From the human T2T-CHM13v2.0 reference genome, Homo sapiens: DNA of 64,000 bases. Below the pieces are notes generated by a model, which had not been told where the DNA came from, did no database searches, and worked only from the letters and a program-made list of their open reading frames with translations. This document shows, one piece after another, positions 24,971 through 40,093 of this stretch (the stretch's first letter is position 1; each line of letters begins with the position of its first letter). The translations under genes were made by a program, and so were the position numbers. The DNA is taken from assembly GCF_009914755.1 (NCBI RefSeq), contig NC_060938.1. One strand, 5' to 3'.

Positions 24971-27527
24971 ATAAAATATAGAAAATTTAAAAACATAATT
25001 AATTTAAATGGTGTTAATTTACATTTTTGTGTTAGTTTTCTCTAAGAAATTCCAATCATTTGTTTTAAGTCAAAAAGAAAATGAATTTTGAATTTTCCAG
25101 GAATTCTGAGGACAAAGAGCAAAGGATTTAAAATAATTTTGAAAGAAGTGATTACACTGACAAAAAGTGAAATTTAAGGTAGGTAGGAAGAGACTGTTAC
25201 AGCAGGAGATAAAGGAGAAAATGACAGGTGGGTTTCCGAGTAAGAAAATTTGAAGTGTTAGAGATTTTGTTCAGAAAATGGGATGTTTGACTTACTGATT
25301 CTGTGGGTGATAAGTTTTGAATATTGACAGGTGGAAAGATTTAAGAAAGGATAACTTCATTGAAAATAAAGTGTCCAAGGATATGAGAGGTTAAATTGGG
25401 TGCATCATCAGTGTGGAATTTGAAGACATCTAGGATGATGACAGAAAAACTGTGTTAGAGAGAAAAGATTACAACTGAGTGATTGAAGTTTTTAAATAAT
25501 GAGAGATGGCAAGAAACTATGTATCAGAAATAAGAAGACAAATATAATTTTATAACCTAGAGTCTCAGTGGAGTGGGGGATGGATAAATAATATAATTAG
25601 AATGACTTTGGGATCAAGACGTTGATGTACATATGATGTGAAAGGATGCACTTAAAGCAGTACAGGTAAGTGGTGTAAGATGGTCATCATTTGCATTTCA
25701 GAGATGGAAATAAAATTCAGAGATGGAGAAGAAAGAGAACTTCAAAAAATATTTCCAGTAGGAATTCTGAAAGACATAAAGAAAGATTTAGCCAGGAGAT
25801 GAGGAAGTGGGAATTGGATACAGAGCAAGAAAGACCAAATCATTTAAAGGATTACACTAGACTAGAATATAAATAACAGGAAGGGATGTTACTACAGTGG
25901 TCATTGATCCATAAGAGATGCATTAGAGTCAGCATAGATTTTTTATTGATGATGCTTTGGCAGGTTTGTATTTATGACAAATTTTCTGCATTCTGAGAAG
26001 GAAGTCCTGCTGTTTGTTATGAAGTAAAGTATGATTTTCTTCTGTAGGAGTTGGCATCTGCATGGGTAAAATAACTATGAGAGGATGACATAAATGCTTT
26101 TTGGTCACTGGAAGAAACAAAAGTTCTCTAAGAATATAAGCCTCAACTTCAAAAGAAATTCAAATAAGATTCTTGTCAGTGCATTATTGTTAAAAGTCCA
26201 TATGCTAAATATTATTGAAATTATAAATCATTCTATTTCAACATAGAATTTATTAATCCTGTCTTGATGTCAGCTTCTTGGAGGATTCAAGCTAACAAGG
26301 ATACCAATTTTCAAAACACTATTAGAGATAAGAGCACTATAGATTCTAAAGAATATGATGTCATTGAGTTTTAACATTGGGCATATTTTGTATGCCAGAG
26401 TAGGCATATACTTTTGATAATATTCAGTCTCTAAATTTGTCACTAAATAAACCACGTTTACATTACTATGTTTAAATATAGCTTTCAAGAAGTAGTAGAG
26501 TAATGAAATTATAGTTTTATCCTAAAAAATGTAACTAAATTTGCCAAAATGATCTTCAGTAGGTGTATACGTGAAATCTGTCATGACAGTCAAAAGATGC
26601 CTACAATATCATTTATTGCCAAATAATGTATTAGAATATTAATTTAGGAAACTTGTAATTTTACAAATGTATTTTATGTAAGAATGTCATGGAAACTAAA
26701 GCAAATATGTCAAACAGTTGATATATAATACATCCTCACAAAAGTATGTTTTAATGTGTCCTTTTATGTAAAAATTGCTTTTTTGAAGCTAAAAAGAAAT
26801 CATGGAGGTCAAAAATAAGATAGGCATGGAAAAATAAACTTTGTGAAACAAAATGTAATTTCCACAGAAAATATTTGCAAAAGATATCTGATAAAAAACT
26901 GTTATCAAAAATAGACAAAGAACTCTTAAAACTCAATACTAAGAAAACTAACAACTCATTTAAAAATGGGCAAAAAGATCTGAACAGACACCTCATCAAA
27001 GAAGATATACAGATGACAAATAAGCATATGATATGATGCTCCACATTGTATGTTACTAGGGAAATGCAAATTAAAACAACATGAGATATCATCACACACC
27101 TATTACAATGGCCAATATTCAGAACACTGACAACACAAAATGTTGGCAGGGATGTGGAGAACCACGCATTCTCATTCATTGCTACTGGAAATTTAAATAG
27201 GCACAGCCACTTTGGAAGAAAGTTTGGCAGTTTCCTATAGAGCTAGGTATCTTCTTATCATATCATCCAGCAATTGCATTTCTTCCTATTTACCTAAATA
27301 AGTTGAAAACTTACGTCCACACGCAAAAAAACACACAAAGATTTATAAAGGCTTTATTCATAATTGCCAAAACATGTTAGCAACTAAATGCCCTTCAGTA
27401 GGTGAATAGATAAATAAATTATGGTACATCCAAACAACGGAATATTATTCAGCATTAAAAACAAATGAGCTATCAAGCCATGAAAAGATGGATTAAACTT
27501 AAATGTATATTACCAAGTGAAAGAAAG

Positions 27528-27924
27528 TGTATTAGTCCATTCTGCATGGCTAAAAGGATTACCTGATACTGGGTAATTTATGAAGAAAAGTTTATTTGAC
27601 TAGCAGTTCTGCAGACTGTACAAGAAGCATGGCACCAGCATCTGCCTCTGCTCAGGACTTTGGAAGCTTTTACTTGTGGTGAGAGGTGAAAAGGGAGTAA
27701 GTGTGTTGGATGGCAAGAGATGGAGCAAGAAATGAGGACAAGAGAGATGCCAGGCTCTTAAATAACGAGATCTCACATGAACTCATTACTTCGGGGAGGG
27801 CAGCAAGCCATTCTTCAGGGATCTGACCCCATGACCCAAACACCTCCCACCAGGCCCCACCTTTGACATTAGGGATCACATTTTAACATGAGATTTGGAG
27901 GGGACAGGTATCTAAACTATATTG
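27528..27924 (-). mobile_element. MSTA-like MaLR solo LTR
   Basis: tgtattagtccattc...catgagatttggaggggaca...aaactata; TSD gaaag/gaagg. Confidence 0.9.
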
Positions 27925-28016
27925 GAAGGCAATTTGAAAATGCTACATACTGTATGATTAGAACTATAAGATATTCTGGAAAAGGCAAAACTAGGAAGAC
28001 GGTAAAAGGATCACTG

Positions 28017-28280
28017 GGCCAGGCGTGGTGGCTCACGCCTGTAATCCCAGCACTTTGGGAGGCCAAGGCGGGCGGATCATGAGGTCAGGAGATCGAGACC
28101 ATTCTGGCTAACACGTGAAACCCCTTCTCTACTAAAAATACAAAAAATTAGCTGGGTGTGGTGGCAGGCGCCTGTAGTCCCAGCTACTCAGGAGGCTGAG
28201 GCAGGAGAATGGCGGGAACCCGGGAGAGGGAGCTTGCAGTGAGCCTGGGCGACAAAGCGAGATTCCATCTAAAAAAAAAA
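28017..28280 (+). mobile_element. AluY/Sc with a 25-nt internal deletion
   Basis: TSD AAAAGGATCA(C/T)TG; right arm reads gtgagcc|tgggcgac. Confidence 0.95.
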
Positions 28281-28833
28281 AAGGATCATTGGTTGCTAGG
28301 GGCTGGAAGGAGGAGAGGGATAAAGAGGTGGAACATGGAGGATTTTTAGGGAGTCAAACTATTCAATTTGGTTCAATGACGTATTCAAATTGGGGTAATG
28401 ATGATACTATAATGGTGGAAATATGGTAGAAACATGTTATGCACACTAAGAGTGAACTCTAACATAAAAGTTTGGGTGATAATAATATGTCAATGTAGGT
28501 TCACCAGTTGTAACAAATGTGTTACTCTGTTGTGGGATATTAATAATGGAGAAGGCAGTGCATATGTGGGAGGAGATACATGGGAACTCTCTGTACTTTC
28601 TGTGCAATTTGCTGTGAACCTAAAAGAACTGTTAAAAAAAAATAAGGTCTATTAAGAAATCATTCAATAAAGATAATCCTCTGATAAAGTAGGATTCAAA
28701 CATACAAATCATAACGTAATCTATGCCGTTATATGTAAAAACACCCCTCAAACAAATGGGCTATCCATGAAAAAGCTTAGAGTGAATTAGCTGGAATGGT
28801 AATGTATCACCATTAAACAACAACAAAAAAAGA

Positions 28834-29156
<323 letters not shown>

Positions 29157-29412
29157 CTACCTATCTAAATATCAAATTCAGATAAACAGAATTTAGAACT
29201 GTCTCATTCTCTCCACCATGCAAAGAAGGAAGCATTAGCTGTACCTTTGAAAACTCTTTTCTTACCTCCAACTATCTGTTTTGCAATTATGTCAATTCAC
29301 ATATGCTGCATCCATTATTGAATTAAAAATGTAAAATGCAGGCTTTGTCACAAACATCCCCATTCAGATTTCAATGAAATAATCCAGGATTTGAGCTGCT
29401 TTAGATGTGTAT

Positions 29413-30297
29413 TGTTAACTTAAAAAATAAATTGGGAAAGAAGAGGGGGCTTTATTTTCCATAAAGGGTTACAGTCTGCAAGGCAGCCAGCCATCCTGCA
29501 GGTTGGGAAGCATAGCCTCCAGCAAAGACCAGAGACAGGCACTTCAAAGGAGGAGTGGTTGGGGTAAGAGTTTTATACTGAAAAAGTTTGTTCAACATAC
29601 ATATTCAACAGGTTATAGGAGAGGCTATGAATATTCATGAAGGTGGTCCTGACACATGCATATTGAACAAACATGCATGTAAAGTATGACCCACGTTAAC
29701 CTTGGGGTGGAGATTTAACATTCAAATACATTACAAATAGGCCCAAGAAGGTATTTTCAGGACATGAAGGCACATAGGTGTGCAGCCTCTGTAAACTGGC
29801 CAGAAGCAGTCCGTGGTTGGAGGTCTTCTTATCAGGAGAAAGCTACTGAAATCAGTCTCTTGTGCAGTCAAAGCTGTAGTTATGGCTGGTGGAACAGGGG
29901 TTCAGTTAACACCTGTGAGTTGCATAAGTTGTAATTGTTTTAATATTGCTTATCTAGAGGTCAGTGCTTATTTAGCTACTACAGAAAAGGAAAAGCCTCC
30001 TAGCAGCTGAAACAGTTTATTTATGTCTAGGAGTGTGTGAATTAACCCTTGCCTGGACATGGTCTCAGGTCCTCTTTATAATTTGGCATCTTACTGCCAC
30101 AAAGAGTGTCTTCTGTCATTGTTACGGCCTCTGTTTGAACATGAATGCTTGACAGTTTTTGTGTCTAAACTGGAAAAGGAAGGACCCCCTGTCCTGTCAT
30201 AGGCAGGAACTCAATTTTAAGGATGTTTATGACCAAGAGGGGGTCCAGTCAGTCAGTGGGGAGGGGGTTAAGATTTTATTTTTAGTTTTAGTTTACA
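29413..30297 (-). mobile_element. MER4-group ERV1 solo LTR (MER49/MER4D-like)
   Basis: TG...CA termini; minus strand begins TGTAAACTAAAA; 4-bp TSD gtat/atat. Confidence 0.85.
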
Positions 30298-30367
30298 ATA
30301 TGCTCATCTAATTCCTTTACCTTCTTCTTTCTGTTCTATGATGAATGCGCTTTTATAATATTACACT

Positions 30368-31542
30368 TGGTCACGTGCTCCGTAACACGTTTTGGTCAAT
30401 GGCAGATTCCACATATGAACTTGGTCCCATAAGATTATAATGGAGCTGAAAAATTCCTATCACCTAGTGATGTAGCCATCTTAACGTTACAGTGCAACAT
30501 GTTACTTGTGTTTGTGGTGATGCTGGTGTAAACAAACCTACTTCACTGCCAGTCATATAAAAGTATAGCACATATTATTATGTACAGTACATAATACTTG
30601 ATGATAATAATACAAGACTAAGTTACTGGTTTATGTATTTACTATTTATACTTTTATCATTAGCGTGTACTCCTTATAGATATATAAAAAAGAGTTAACT
30701 GTAAAACAGCATCAGGAAGGTCTTTCCGGAGGCATTCCAGAAGAAGGCATTATTATCATGAGATGACAGCTTCATGCATGTTATTGCCTCTGAAGACTTT
30801 CCAGTAGGTTAAGATGAGGAGGTAAAAGACAGTGATGTTGATAATTTTGACCATGTGTAGGCCTAGGCTAATGTGTTATTGTCTCTGTTTTTAACAAAAA
30901 AGTTTAAAAATTAAGAAAAGTAAAAAAGGAAAAATAGAAAAATGTTATTAAATAGAATATAAAGAAAGAAAATATTTTGGTACAGCTGGACACTATGTTT
31001 ATGTTTTAAGCCAGATATTATTATTAAAGAGTCAAAAAGTTTAAAAAATTAAAAGTTTATAAAGTAAAATGTCACAGTAAGTTAAAGTTAATTTTTATTT
31101 CAAATAAATTGAGTGTAGCCTAAGTGTACAATGTTTATAAAGTCTCCAGTAGTATAGAGTAATGTCCTAGGCCATCACATTCACTCACCACTCAGACTCC
31201 AGAGCAACTTGTAGTCCTGTAAGCTCCATTCATGGTAAGTGTCCTACACAGGTGTACCATTTTCATCTTTCACACTATATTTTAACTGTATCTTATCTAT
31301 GTTTTGATACATTTAGATACTTTAACACTTACCATTATGTTACAATTGCCTAACATATTCAGCACAGTAACATGCTGTACAGGTCTGTAGCCTAGGATCA
31401 CTAGGCTATGCCAGATGGCATAGCTGTGTAGTAGGCTATAACATCTATGTGTAAGTACACTTTGCGATGTTCACACAACGATGAAATCATCAAATGATAC
31501 ATTTCTCAGACTGTATCCCCATGTTTAAGCAAGGCATGAGTG
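30368..31542 (+). mobile_element. Tigger3b (Golem) DNA transposon
   Basis: ggtcccataagattataatggagctgaaaaattcctatcacctagtg near the left end; right end gtatcccc...aagcaaggcatgagtg followed by TA. Confidence 0.88.
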
Positions 31543-32502
31543 TATTTTCATATAGTGTTAAGGAAGCCATAAAAGCTAATTGCAGAGGTGAATTTCTATC
31601 GCCCATAATATCAGGAATTAATACTTCTGATGTGACTATTTACTGAATTAAGTCATGGAGATCTTTTAGCTAAACACGTATCTCTTTTCATTAAGTTCTA
31701 GATGCCATTTGAAGTTTCAGGTTGCTGACTAAATGGAATATCTTCCTCATTAGTGTCTCTCAGGATATCACTGTCCTTATTAATGCCTTAGACAAATAGA
31801 GCATTAAGCCATTGATTACATTTGCTCCAGTTTAAATAAAAGCACATGTAATAGAAAGTACATTTTGATGGTGTGTAAGATAGAATTATCCTAGAGCTTA
31901 ATAGGGAAGGTTCTGTACTTATCATCAAGAATGCCATGGTATTGAATTTTGTCTAGGATAAGGATAGAATGAGCTATCAAATAATTTATAAAATGCTATT
32001 TATAACCTCAAGTTTAAAACCCTAAGACAGTCCCCAGGGCCAGCTTGTTTAGAGTTATAACTTGTAAATTGATGACAGAGACCTGATTTAACCGGTTACA
32101 AAGTCCCACTTGGCTGCATAATCAATGGGGCAGAAAAGACCTCACTAAAAAATCCTGCTCAAGCTCTTGAGAAACCAAAATTTCTCACACTCATCTTAGT
32201 GGTTTATACTCCAGAGACAAAGTGTGTCCTGTGTAACTGAGAAAGAATCCTGTGGAGCTGTGGACGTCTCTCAGCTCCTGATGACTGCTTGTGCTTTCTT
32301 TCTCCCGCTATACTATATTTATTACCTTGATTCAAGCCTATCATTAGTACCCCCTGAGAAGTCTTGCGACTGCTTCCAAATACCTGACCCTGGTGAAATT
32401 GTTACAGATGGCTTTAGAAAAAATAGTAATAATTTCTTTAGTATTGAGCTCCAAGTACATTTCTCCCAACACTAAATTTCCATTAGAAATAAAATGTTTT
32501 GG

Positions 32503-32799
<297 letters not shown>

Positions 32800-33235
32800 T
32801 CAAAACATTTGACAAAGGTCAACACTTTCTTTTGCTAACAACCACAGCTAACTTTGTAATCAATGGGAAGAAATAGAAAACTTTTCCTCTAAGATCTAGT
32901 ACAAGGCAAAAATGTTCACTTTCATTACTTCTATTCAACATAGTACTGACATCTAAATGAGAAAGTAAGAAGTAAAATTCTTTCTTTATGCAGTTGATGT
33001 ACTGCATATGGAGAAAGCTCTAAAAATTTCCAAAAACAATTTAGAACTAACAAATGCATTAAGTAAGTTTGCAGGATACAAAATCAACATACAAAAATCA
33101 GTTGCTTTTCTTTATACCAATATATCCAAAAAGGAAATAAAAACAACTTCATTTACAATAGGATTGAAGATAAAATATTTAGGAATACATTTAACCAAAG
33201 AAATATAATCTTCATGCTGAAAACTACAAAACATT

Positions 33236-33563
<328 letters not shown>

Positions 33564-33573
33564 TTAATGAAAG

Positions 33574-33916
33574 GCTTCAAAATTTATTTCTCATTTCTAA
33601 CTGAAACTTTACACCCTTTGACTAGCAACATCCCATTCCCTTTCTGCCTCCCAACACCCAGTCTCTGGTAACCAACATTCTACCCTCTACTTCTATCAGT
33701 TTAATATTTTTAGATTCCACATATAAGTGAGATCATAATCTTTGCATAGCTTATTTCTCCTAACATAAAATATTCCCTGGGTGTATCCAAGCTGCCACAG
33801 ATGGCAGAATATCCTTCCTTTTTAAGGTTGAATAGTAAGTGTTCCATTGTGTGTGTGTGTGTTTGTGTGTGTATATGTAGATACACACACACACATATAT
33901 ATACCATATTTTCTTT
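33574..33916 (-). mobile_element. L1MA 3' UTR fragment inserted antisense into the host L1MA
   Basis: aactgaaactttacaccctttgac...tctggtaaccaacattctac...tagattccacatataagtgagatcat. Confidence 0.85.
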
Positions 33917-34026
33917 CAAATAAATAAAAAGATATCTGTGTCCATTGATTTGAAGGATAAATATTGTTAAACTATTCATACTATTCCAAGCAATATACAG
34001 ATTACATTATATATATAATATGTAGA

Positions 34027-34068
34027 TTACAGAATTGGAATTTTGCTTACAGAATTGGAATTTTGCTT
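34027..34068. repeat. Perfect 20-bp tandem duplication
   Basis: ttacagaattggaattttgc twice. Confidence 0.97.
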
Positions 34069-35893
34069 GCAAAATTCCAGTGACAATGACATTTTTTAAA
34101 GAAGTATGAAAAAAAAAATTCTAAAATTTGTATGTAACCAGAGAAGACCCTGAATATATAAAGCAATATTAAACAAAAATAACAAAGTTAGAATCATCAC
34201 ACTTCTGATTTCAAGTTATATTACAAAGCAATAGTAATCAAAACAGTATGATACTGGCAAGAAAACAGAAATATAGGTCAATGGAATAGAATTGGAAGCC
34301 CAGAAATAAACCCAGACATATACAGATAACAAGTTTTTAACAAGGCAACCAAGAAGTCACATTGAGAAAAAGATATTCTTTTCAATAGATGGTATTAGGA
34401 TAACTGGAAACCCCCAAGCAAAAATTTAAGTTAGAACCTTACTTCACACCACAAACAAAAATCAACCCAAAATGAATTAAAGACCTAAATTTCAGACCTG
34501 AAACTGTAAAACTCCTAGAAAAAAAAATAGAGGAAGAGTTATTTATCATTGGCCTTGGCAATAAGTATTTTGGATATGACACCAAAAGCAAAGACAAAGA
34601 AGCAAAATAAACAAATGGGACTACATCACATTAACAAGCTTTTGCACAACAAAGGAAATAATCTACAAAATAAAAAGGCAGCCTACGTCTTGGAAGAAAA
34701 TATTTGTGAATGACATGTCTGATAAGGGGTTTGTATTTAAAATATATGAAGAACTCACACAAATCAATAGTAAAAGATAAAAAACCGAATTAAAACACGG
34801 GCAAATAATCTGATAGACATATTTCCAAAGAAAACATTAAAATGGCCAACAAGTATATGAAAGTGTGCTCAACATCACTAATTATCAGGCAAATACAAAT
34901 CAAATCTCAATGAGGTGTCTCCTCACATCTGTTAGGACTGCTATTCTCTAAAAGACAAGAGATAGCAGGTGTTGGCAAGGGTGTGGATATAAGAGATCCC
35001 TTGTGCACTACTAGTGGGAATGAAGATTGCTGAAGTCATATGGAAAATAGTATCAAAGTTCCTCAAAAAAGTGAAAATAGAACGACCTTGCCACCCAGCA
35101 ATCCCTCTTCTGGAAATACGTCCAAAGAAAATAAAATCACCATTTCATAGAGGTAACTGTGATTGCATATTCATTGCAGTAGTATTTACAGTAGCCAACA
35201 CATAAACAGAACCTAAGTATCTGCTGATGGAAAAATGGATTTTAAAAATTGTGAAACACATACACACACACAAGGGATATAATTCAGACTTTATAAGAAA
35301 GAAAAACCTGCCTTTTGCAACAACCTAGGTGAAATTAGAGGACAGTATGCTTGTAACATAAGCCAGACACAGAAAGAGAAATCCTGAATAATCTCACTTA
35401 TGTATGGAAATTTTCTTTTACAAGTTAAAAACATAGAACCAGAGAGTGAAACAGTGGTTACAGGCAGGGTGGGAGGAATGCGGAAATGAGGTCAAATGAG
35501 ACAGAGCTATAGTTATGTAGGATGAATTAACCTAGGCAGAAAATGTACAGGATAAAACTATAGTTAGTAATATTGTATCATATAGTGGAAACTTGCTGAT
35601 AATTGATTTTAGTGCTCTTATCACGTTCTCCCTCACCCCTCCCCCAAACACACACACACAGAGTAACTATGTGAGATGATGGCTATGCTAATTTTCTTGA
35701 CTGTAGTAACAATTTCACTGGATATACCAAAACATCATGTTGTATACTTTAAATACATAATAAAAGTTTAAAATATAAATAAACACAATAATATTTTTAA
35801 TTAAAAAGGAAAAACATTTTAAAAACACATGAATACACACACAGAAATCTTATTTTTCATTTAAAATATAATGGAGTGAAGAATTAAGGTTCC

Positions 35894-36704
35894 GGACCGT
35901 TTTCTAAAGAAGACATACATGCGGTCAAGAAGCATATGAGAAAAAGCCCAACATCATTGATCATTAGAGAATTGCAAATCAAAACCTCAATGAGATGCTA
36001 TCTCACACCAGTCAGAATAGCTGTTATTAAAAAGTCAAAAAATAACAGATGCTGGCAAGGTTACAGGGAAAAGGTAACAGTTATACACTGTTTGGGGAAG
36101 TGTAAATTAGTTCAACCATTGTAGAAAGCAGTATGGTGATTCCTTGAAGAGCTAAAAGCAAAACTACAATTTGACCCCGCAATCCCAATACTGGGTATAT
36201 AGCCAGAAGGATAGAATTCATTCTACCATAGACATAAACATAAATGTTCATTGCAGCACTATTCACAATAGCAAAGACATGGAATCAACCTAAATGTCCA
36301 TCAATGACAGATTGTATAAAGAAAGTGTAGTACATATACACCGTGAAATACTATGCAGCCATAGAAACAAAGTCATGTATTTTTGCAGGAACATGAATGG
36401 AGCTGGAGGCCATTGCCCATAGCAAATTAACAAGGAAACAGAAAGCTGAATACCACATGTTCTCACTTATAAGTGGGAGCTAAACGATTAGAACTTATGA
36501 ACATAAAGAAGAGAAATAGAGACACTGGGGTCTCCTTAAGGGTGGAGGGGGAAGCAGAGAGGGTAGCAGAAAAAATATCTGTTGGGTACTAGGCTTAGTA
36601 CCTGGGTGATGAAATAATCTGTATAACAAATGCCCATGACACAAGTTGACCTGTGTAACAAACCTGCACGTGTACACCCAAACCTAAAATAAAAGTTAAA
36701 AAAC
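35894..36704 (+). mobile_element. 5'-truncated L1PA13-16-like 3' end
   Basis: Ends cctaaaataaaagttaaaaaa; TSD AATTAAGG(T/C)TCC at 35882-35893 and 36705-36716. Confidence 0.92.
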
Positions 36705-36724
36705 AATTAAGGCTCCATATTCTC

Positions 36725-36970
36725 CGTTCAGCCTATGATTAAGAGCCTGAAATTCACATTCTAAGCTAGATTTTTATCTGACAAGGCCTCTTATTAACTC
36801 TCTGACCATGGGCAAATAATATAATATCTCTATGCTCAATTCTCTTTTATGTAAGATGTGGATAACACTAGTATCTAACTCATAAGTGTCTTGGAGGAAT
36901 ATACTAAATAACAAATTAGAACTCTATAGATAAGCGTATCATAGCATTCAGATATGTCATTATCATTTTT
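36725..36970 (+). mobile_element. MIR
   Basis: ctgaccatgggcaaataa...tgtaagatgtggataacactagtatctaactcata. Confidence 0.7.
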
Positions 36971-37839
36971 AATAAAGAAAATCTGGTCCTCTTTATAATC
37001 CTATAATGTATGTAGACAAAGCCATAAACACCAGCAGCTAATTATGAGCATTTTTTTAAATTATTTTCTAGCTACTTCATTTTCTTCCTGAGGCAGAAAA
37101 ATATAGTTCCTCAGAGCAGGTGTTAAAACATTCAAGCTTGCCATACTGCCATGAACCAAAAAAAGGACAATCCAATTTCTGTATGAATTAACAGCTTGTG
37201 GGATTCACTGGATAGAGAAATTCAGTTTCTTTTATCCACATCCAGTTATTTACTTGGAATATCCAAAATAGTTACAATATGCATGTACTTTGTTCTTGAC
37301 ACTACTCAAAGGCTACTAAGGACATAAAGTCTTAAATAAGGAATATATGTTTCACATTATTTAAGCACAAATTTGGGCTTTGACAAATATTGACAGATTC
37401 TATTGATTATGCAAATAACGAAACATATATAGCGTACTATATTGTTCAAAAAACCCAAACTTTTCATCACATGATGCATATCATTTGACATACAGTTTTT
37501 ATTATATAACAGCACATACCATTTTAGCCCTCTGCATTTTCACTATAGATTTACCATGCACTCTGATAGTAACTCAAAACATCATATGCAAAAGACATTT
37601 ATTATGGTGCCATTGAAATTATCAAATAAATTGTGAATAAATCATAAGTTCAAAACTAAAAAAAAATTAGGACACAGTAGTATATCTACTTATTTTAATA
37701 ATTTATAAAACCAAAAATGATAGTTTTCAAGAATATGTTAAAATTTCTTCCATGATAACCCCATGTATAAAATAAAAAGGAAAAGTTGCAAATATTGGAT
37801 CCATACTACGATTAGAACCAGGTTAAAAATAATTGAAAA

Positions 37840-37895
37840 TGTAAAAATGATTAATATGGCAAATTTTATGTTGTGTGTATTTTACCTTAATTAAA
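37840..37895 (+). mobile_element. Very short L1MB-type 3' terminus
   Basis: aaaaatgattaatatggcaaattttatgttgtgtgtattttacc plus A tail; 15-bp TSD AAAAATAATTGAAAA. Confidence 0.8.
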
Positions 37896-38898
37896 AAAAA
37901 TAATTGAAAAGACTTTTCACTTCTGCCTAGGATGTAGAATGCCGGAAAAAGTTTCACTGTACTTCAATCACAAGTAAAGTGCTAGATAATCTTTAAAATA
38001 TATCACATTTCTGAAGATAGGTAGGAACAATAAGAATCAATGGGGGGAAAATGGTAACAGAGATGAAGAAAGACTTCAATGAATTCATCAGAAGATTCAA
38101 TAAGAAAAAAAATCATCCATTTTGATGACAGGTCAATAGAAATTACCAAAACTAAAACACAAACATTTTAAAAAGTGAAAAAAGATTTTTAAAAATGCAA
38201 CATTCACACTTTGTGGAAAACCATCAAATGGTCTTACATACATATAATTGGAATTTCAGAAGAAGAAAGAAACAAAGGAGAAGAAAAATTCTTGAAGAGA
38301 AAATGCATTAAGGTTTCCCCAATATAATGACATTTTCTTAAATCCCAGATAGATAAAGCTCAGAGAACACAAAGGAAAGAAAAATACCAAACAGAAAAAC
38401 TTCCCCAAAATGAAGCTATATATAACATTTACAAACTTGTAAGGAGAAAAACAGAAAATTCTTGAAGGCAGCTAGAGAAAAAGACAAATTATATATATAT
38501 ATAGGAACAAAGATAAGAATTATAGTAGACTTCTCATCAGAAGATATGCAATATAACTATCAATGAGGCAACATCTTTAAAATACTAAAATAGAGAAATC
38601 GCCAACCCAGATTTCTACATCCAGTAAAAACATCTTTCAAAAATGAAATTACCAGGAAATATGTGGTAAGCACAACGTTTGAAAGTTAGTATCTAGTATC
38701 TAGATAGTAACTTGAATATATCAAAAAGAAACTAAGATCACTGAAAATGATTAAAATGAAAGTAAATGTTAAGAAAAAAGTTCTCAAATGTAATCAATTT
38801 AAAAGATAGTTGAGCATTTAAAGCAAAATATCATCAATGTCCTCTGGGTTTAGAGCTTTTGCAACAGTAAGATCTGTGATTATAACAGTGCAATAGAG

Positions 38899-39190
<292 letters not shown>

Positions 39191-40093
39191 AGTGCAGTAG
39201 ACAGGAGGGAAAAATTAGGTGGATCATATGTAAGTTTCTTACATTACATCTGAAACAGTATAATATTATTTACGGAACTGTTCTGATTAATTAATTAAAG
39301 ATAGATTTTAGACCCCAGGTAGGTCTTCTATGAAGATCTTCTAAAAATTAAGAAAACACATAAGCCATCAGTTATGAAAATATTAAACATAATCAGTTAA
39401 TTCAAAAGAGAACAGAAGAAAAGAGAAACAGAAAAGGTAAAAATGAAACAAATGAAAGATGGCAGATTTAAATTCAATCATTTCAATAATCACATTAAAA
39501 TAAATATTTAAACAAAATTTTAAAAGACAGAGAATATCAGAGTAAGTAAAGGAAGCAAGACAACTATCACTTATCCAAAGTAAACCAATTCTGAATATAA
39601 AAAGAAAGGGATAAAAAGGTGACCATGCAATAGTAAACAAAAGATCAATGGAATACCTCTATGAATATGCAGCCAGATGAAGTGAACTTAAAAGCAAGGA
39701 ATATCTCTAGGAATTAAAAGAAACTGTATGTAGTGATTAGGGGTCAATTCTCTAAGAAGAAACTCTTAAATTTATATGTATCTAATAGCAGAGTTTTATA
39801 ATACAAACAACAAAAACTGATACCACTAAAAGGAGAAGTAGACAAATACAAAGTTATAGTTGGGAGCTTCAACACTTCCTCCTCAATAATGGATGAAAGA
39901 GAAAGTTAGTAAGGTTGTATATGACCTGAAATATACATCAACAACCTTGATCTAATTTACTTTATGGGGCAATCTATACAACACAGCAGGATACACAGTA
40001 TTTTCAAGTACATATGAGATGTTCAAGAAGATATATAATATTCTGGCTATAAAACAAATCTCAACAATTTTTAAAATTTAAAATAATATATAA

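Larger units (their letters stand above)
26862..28660 (+). mobile_element. L1MC1-like 3' end (ORF2 C-terminus and 3' UTR), interrupted by MSTA and Alu
   Basis: gaaaatatttgcaaaagatatctgataa...caatgtaggttcaccagttgtaacaaatgt...gctgtgaacctaaaa...aataaggtctatt. Confidence 0.85.

Noticed and set aside
26751-27179. 142-aa hydrophobic ORF
   Set aside because: Mostly the antisense frame of L1MC ORF2
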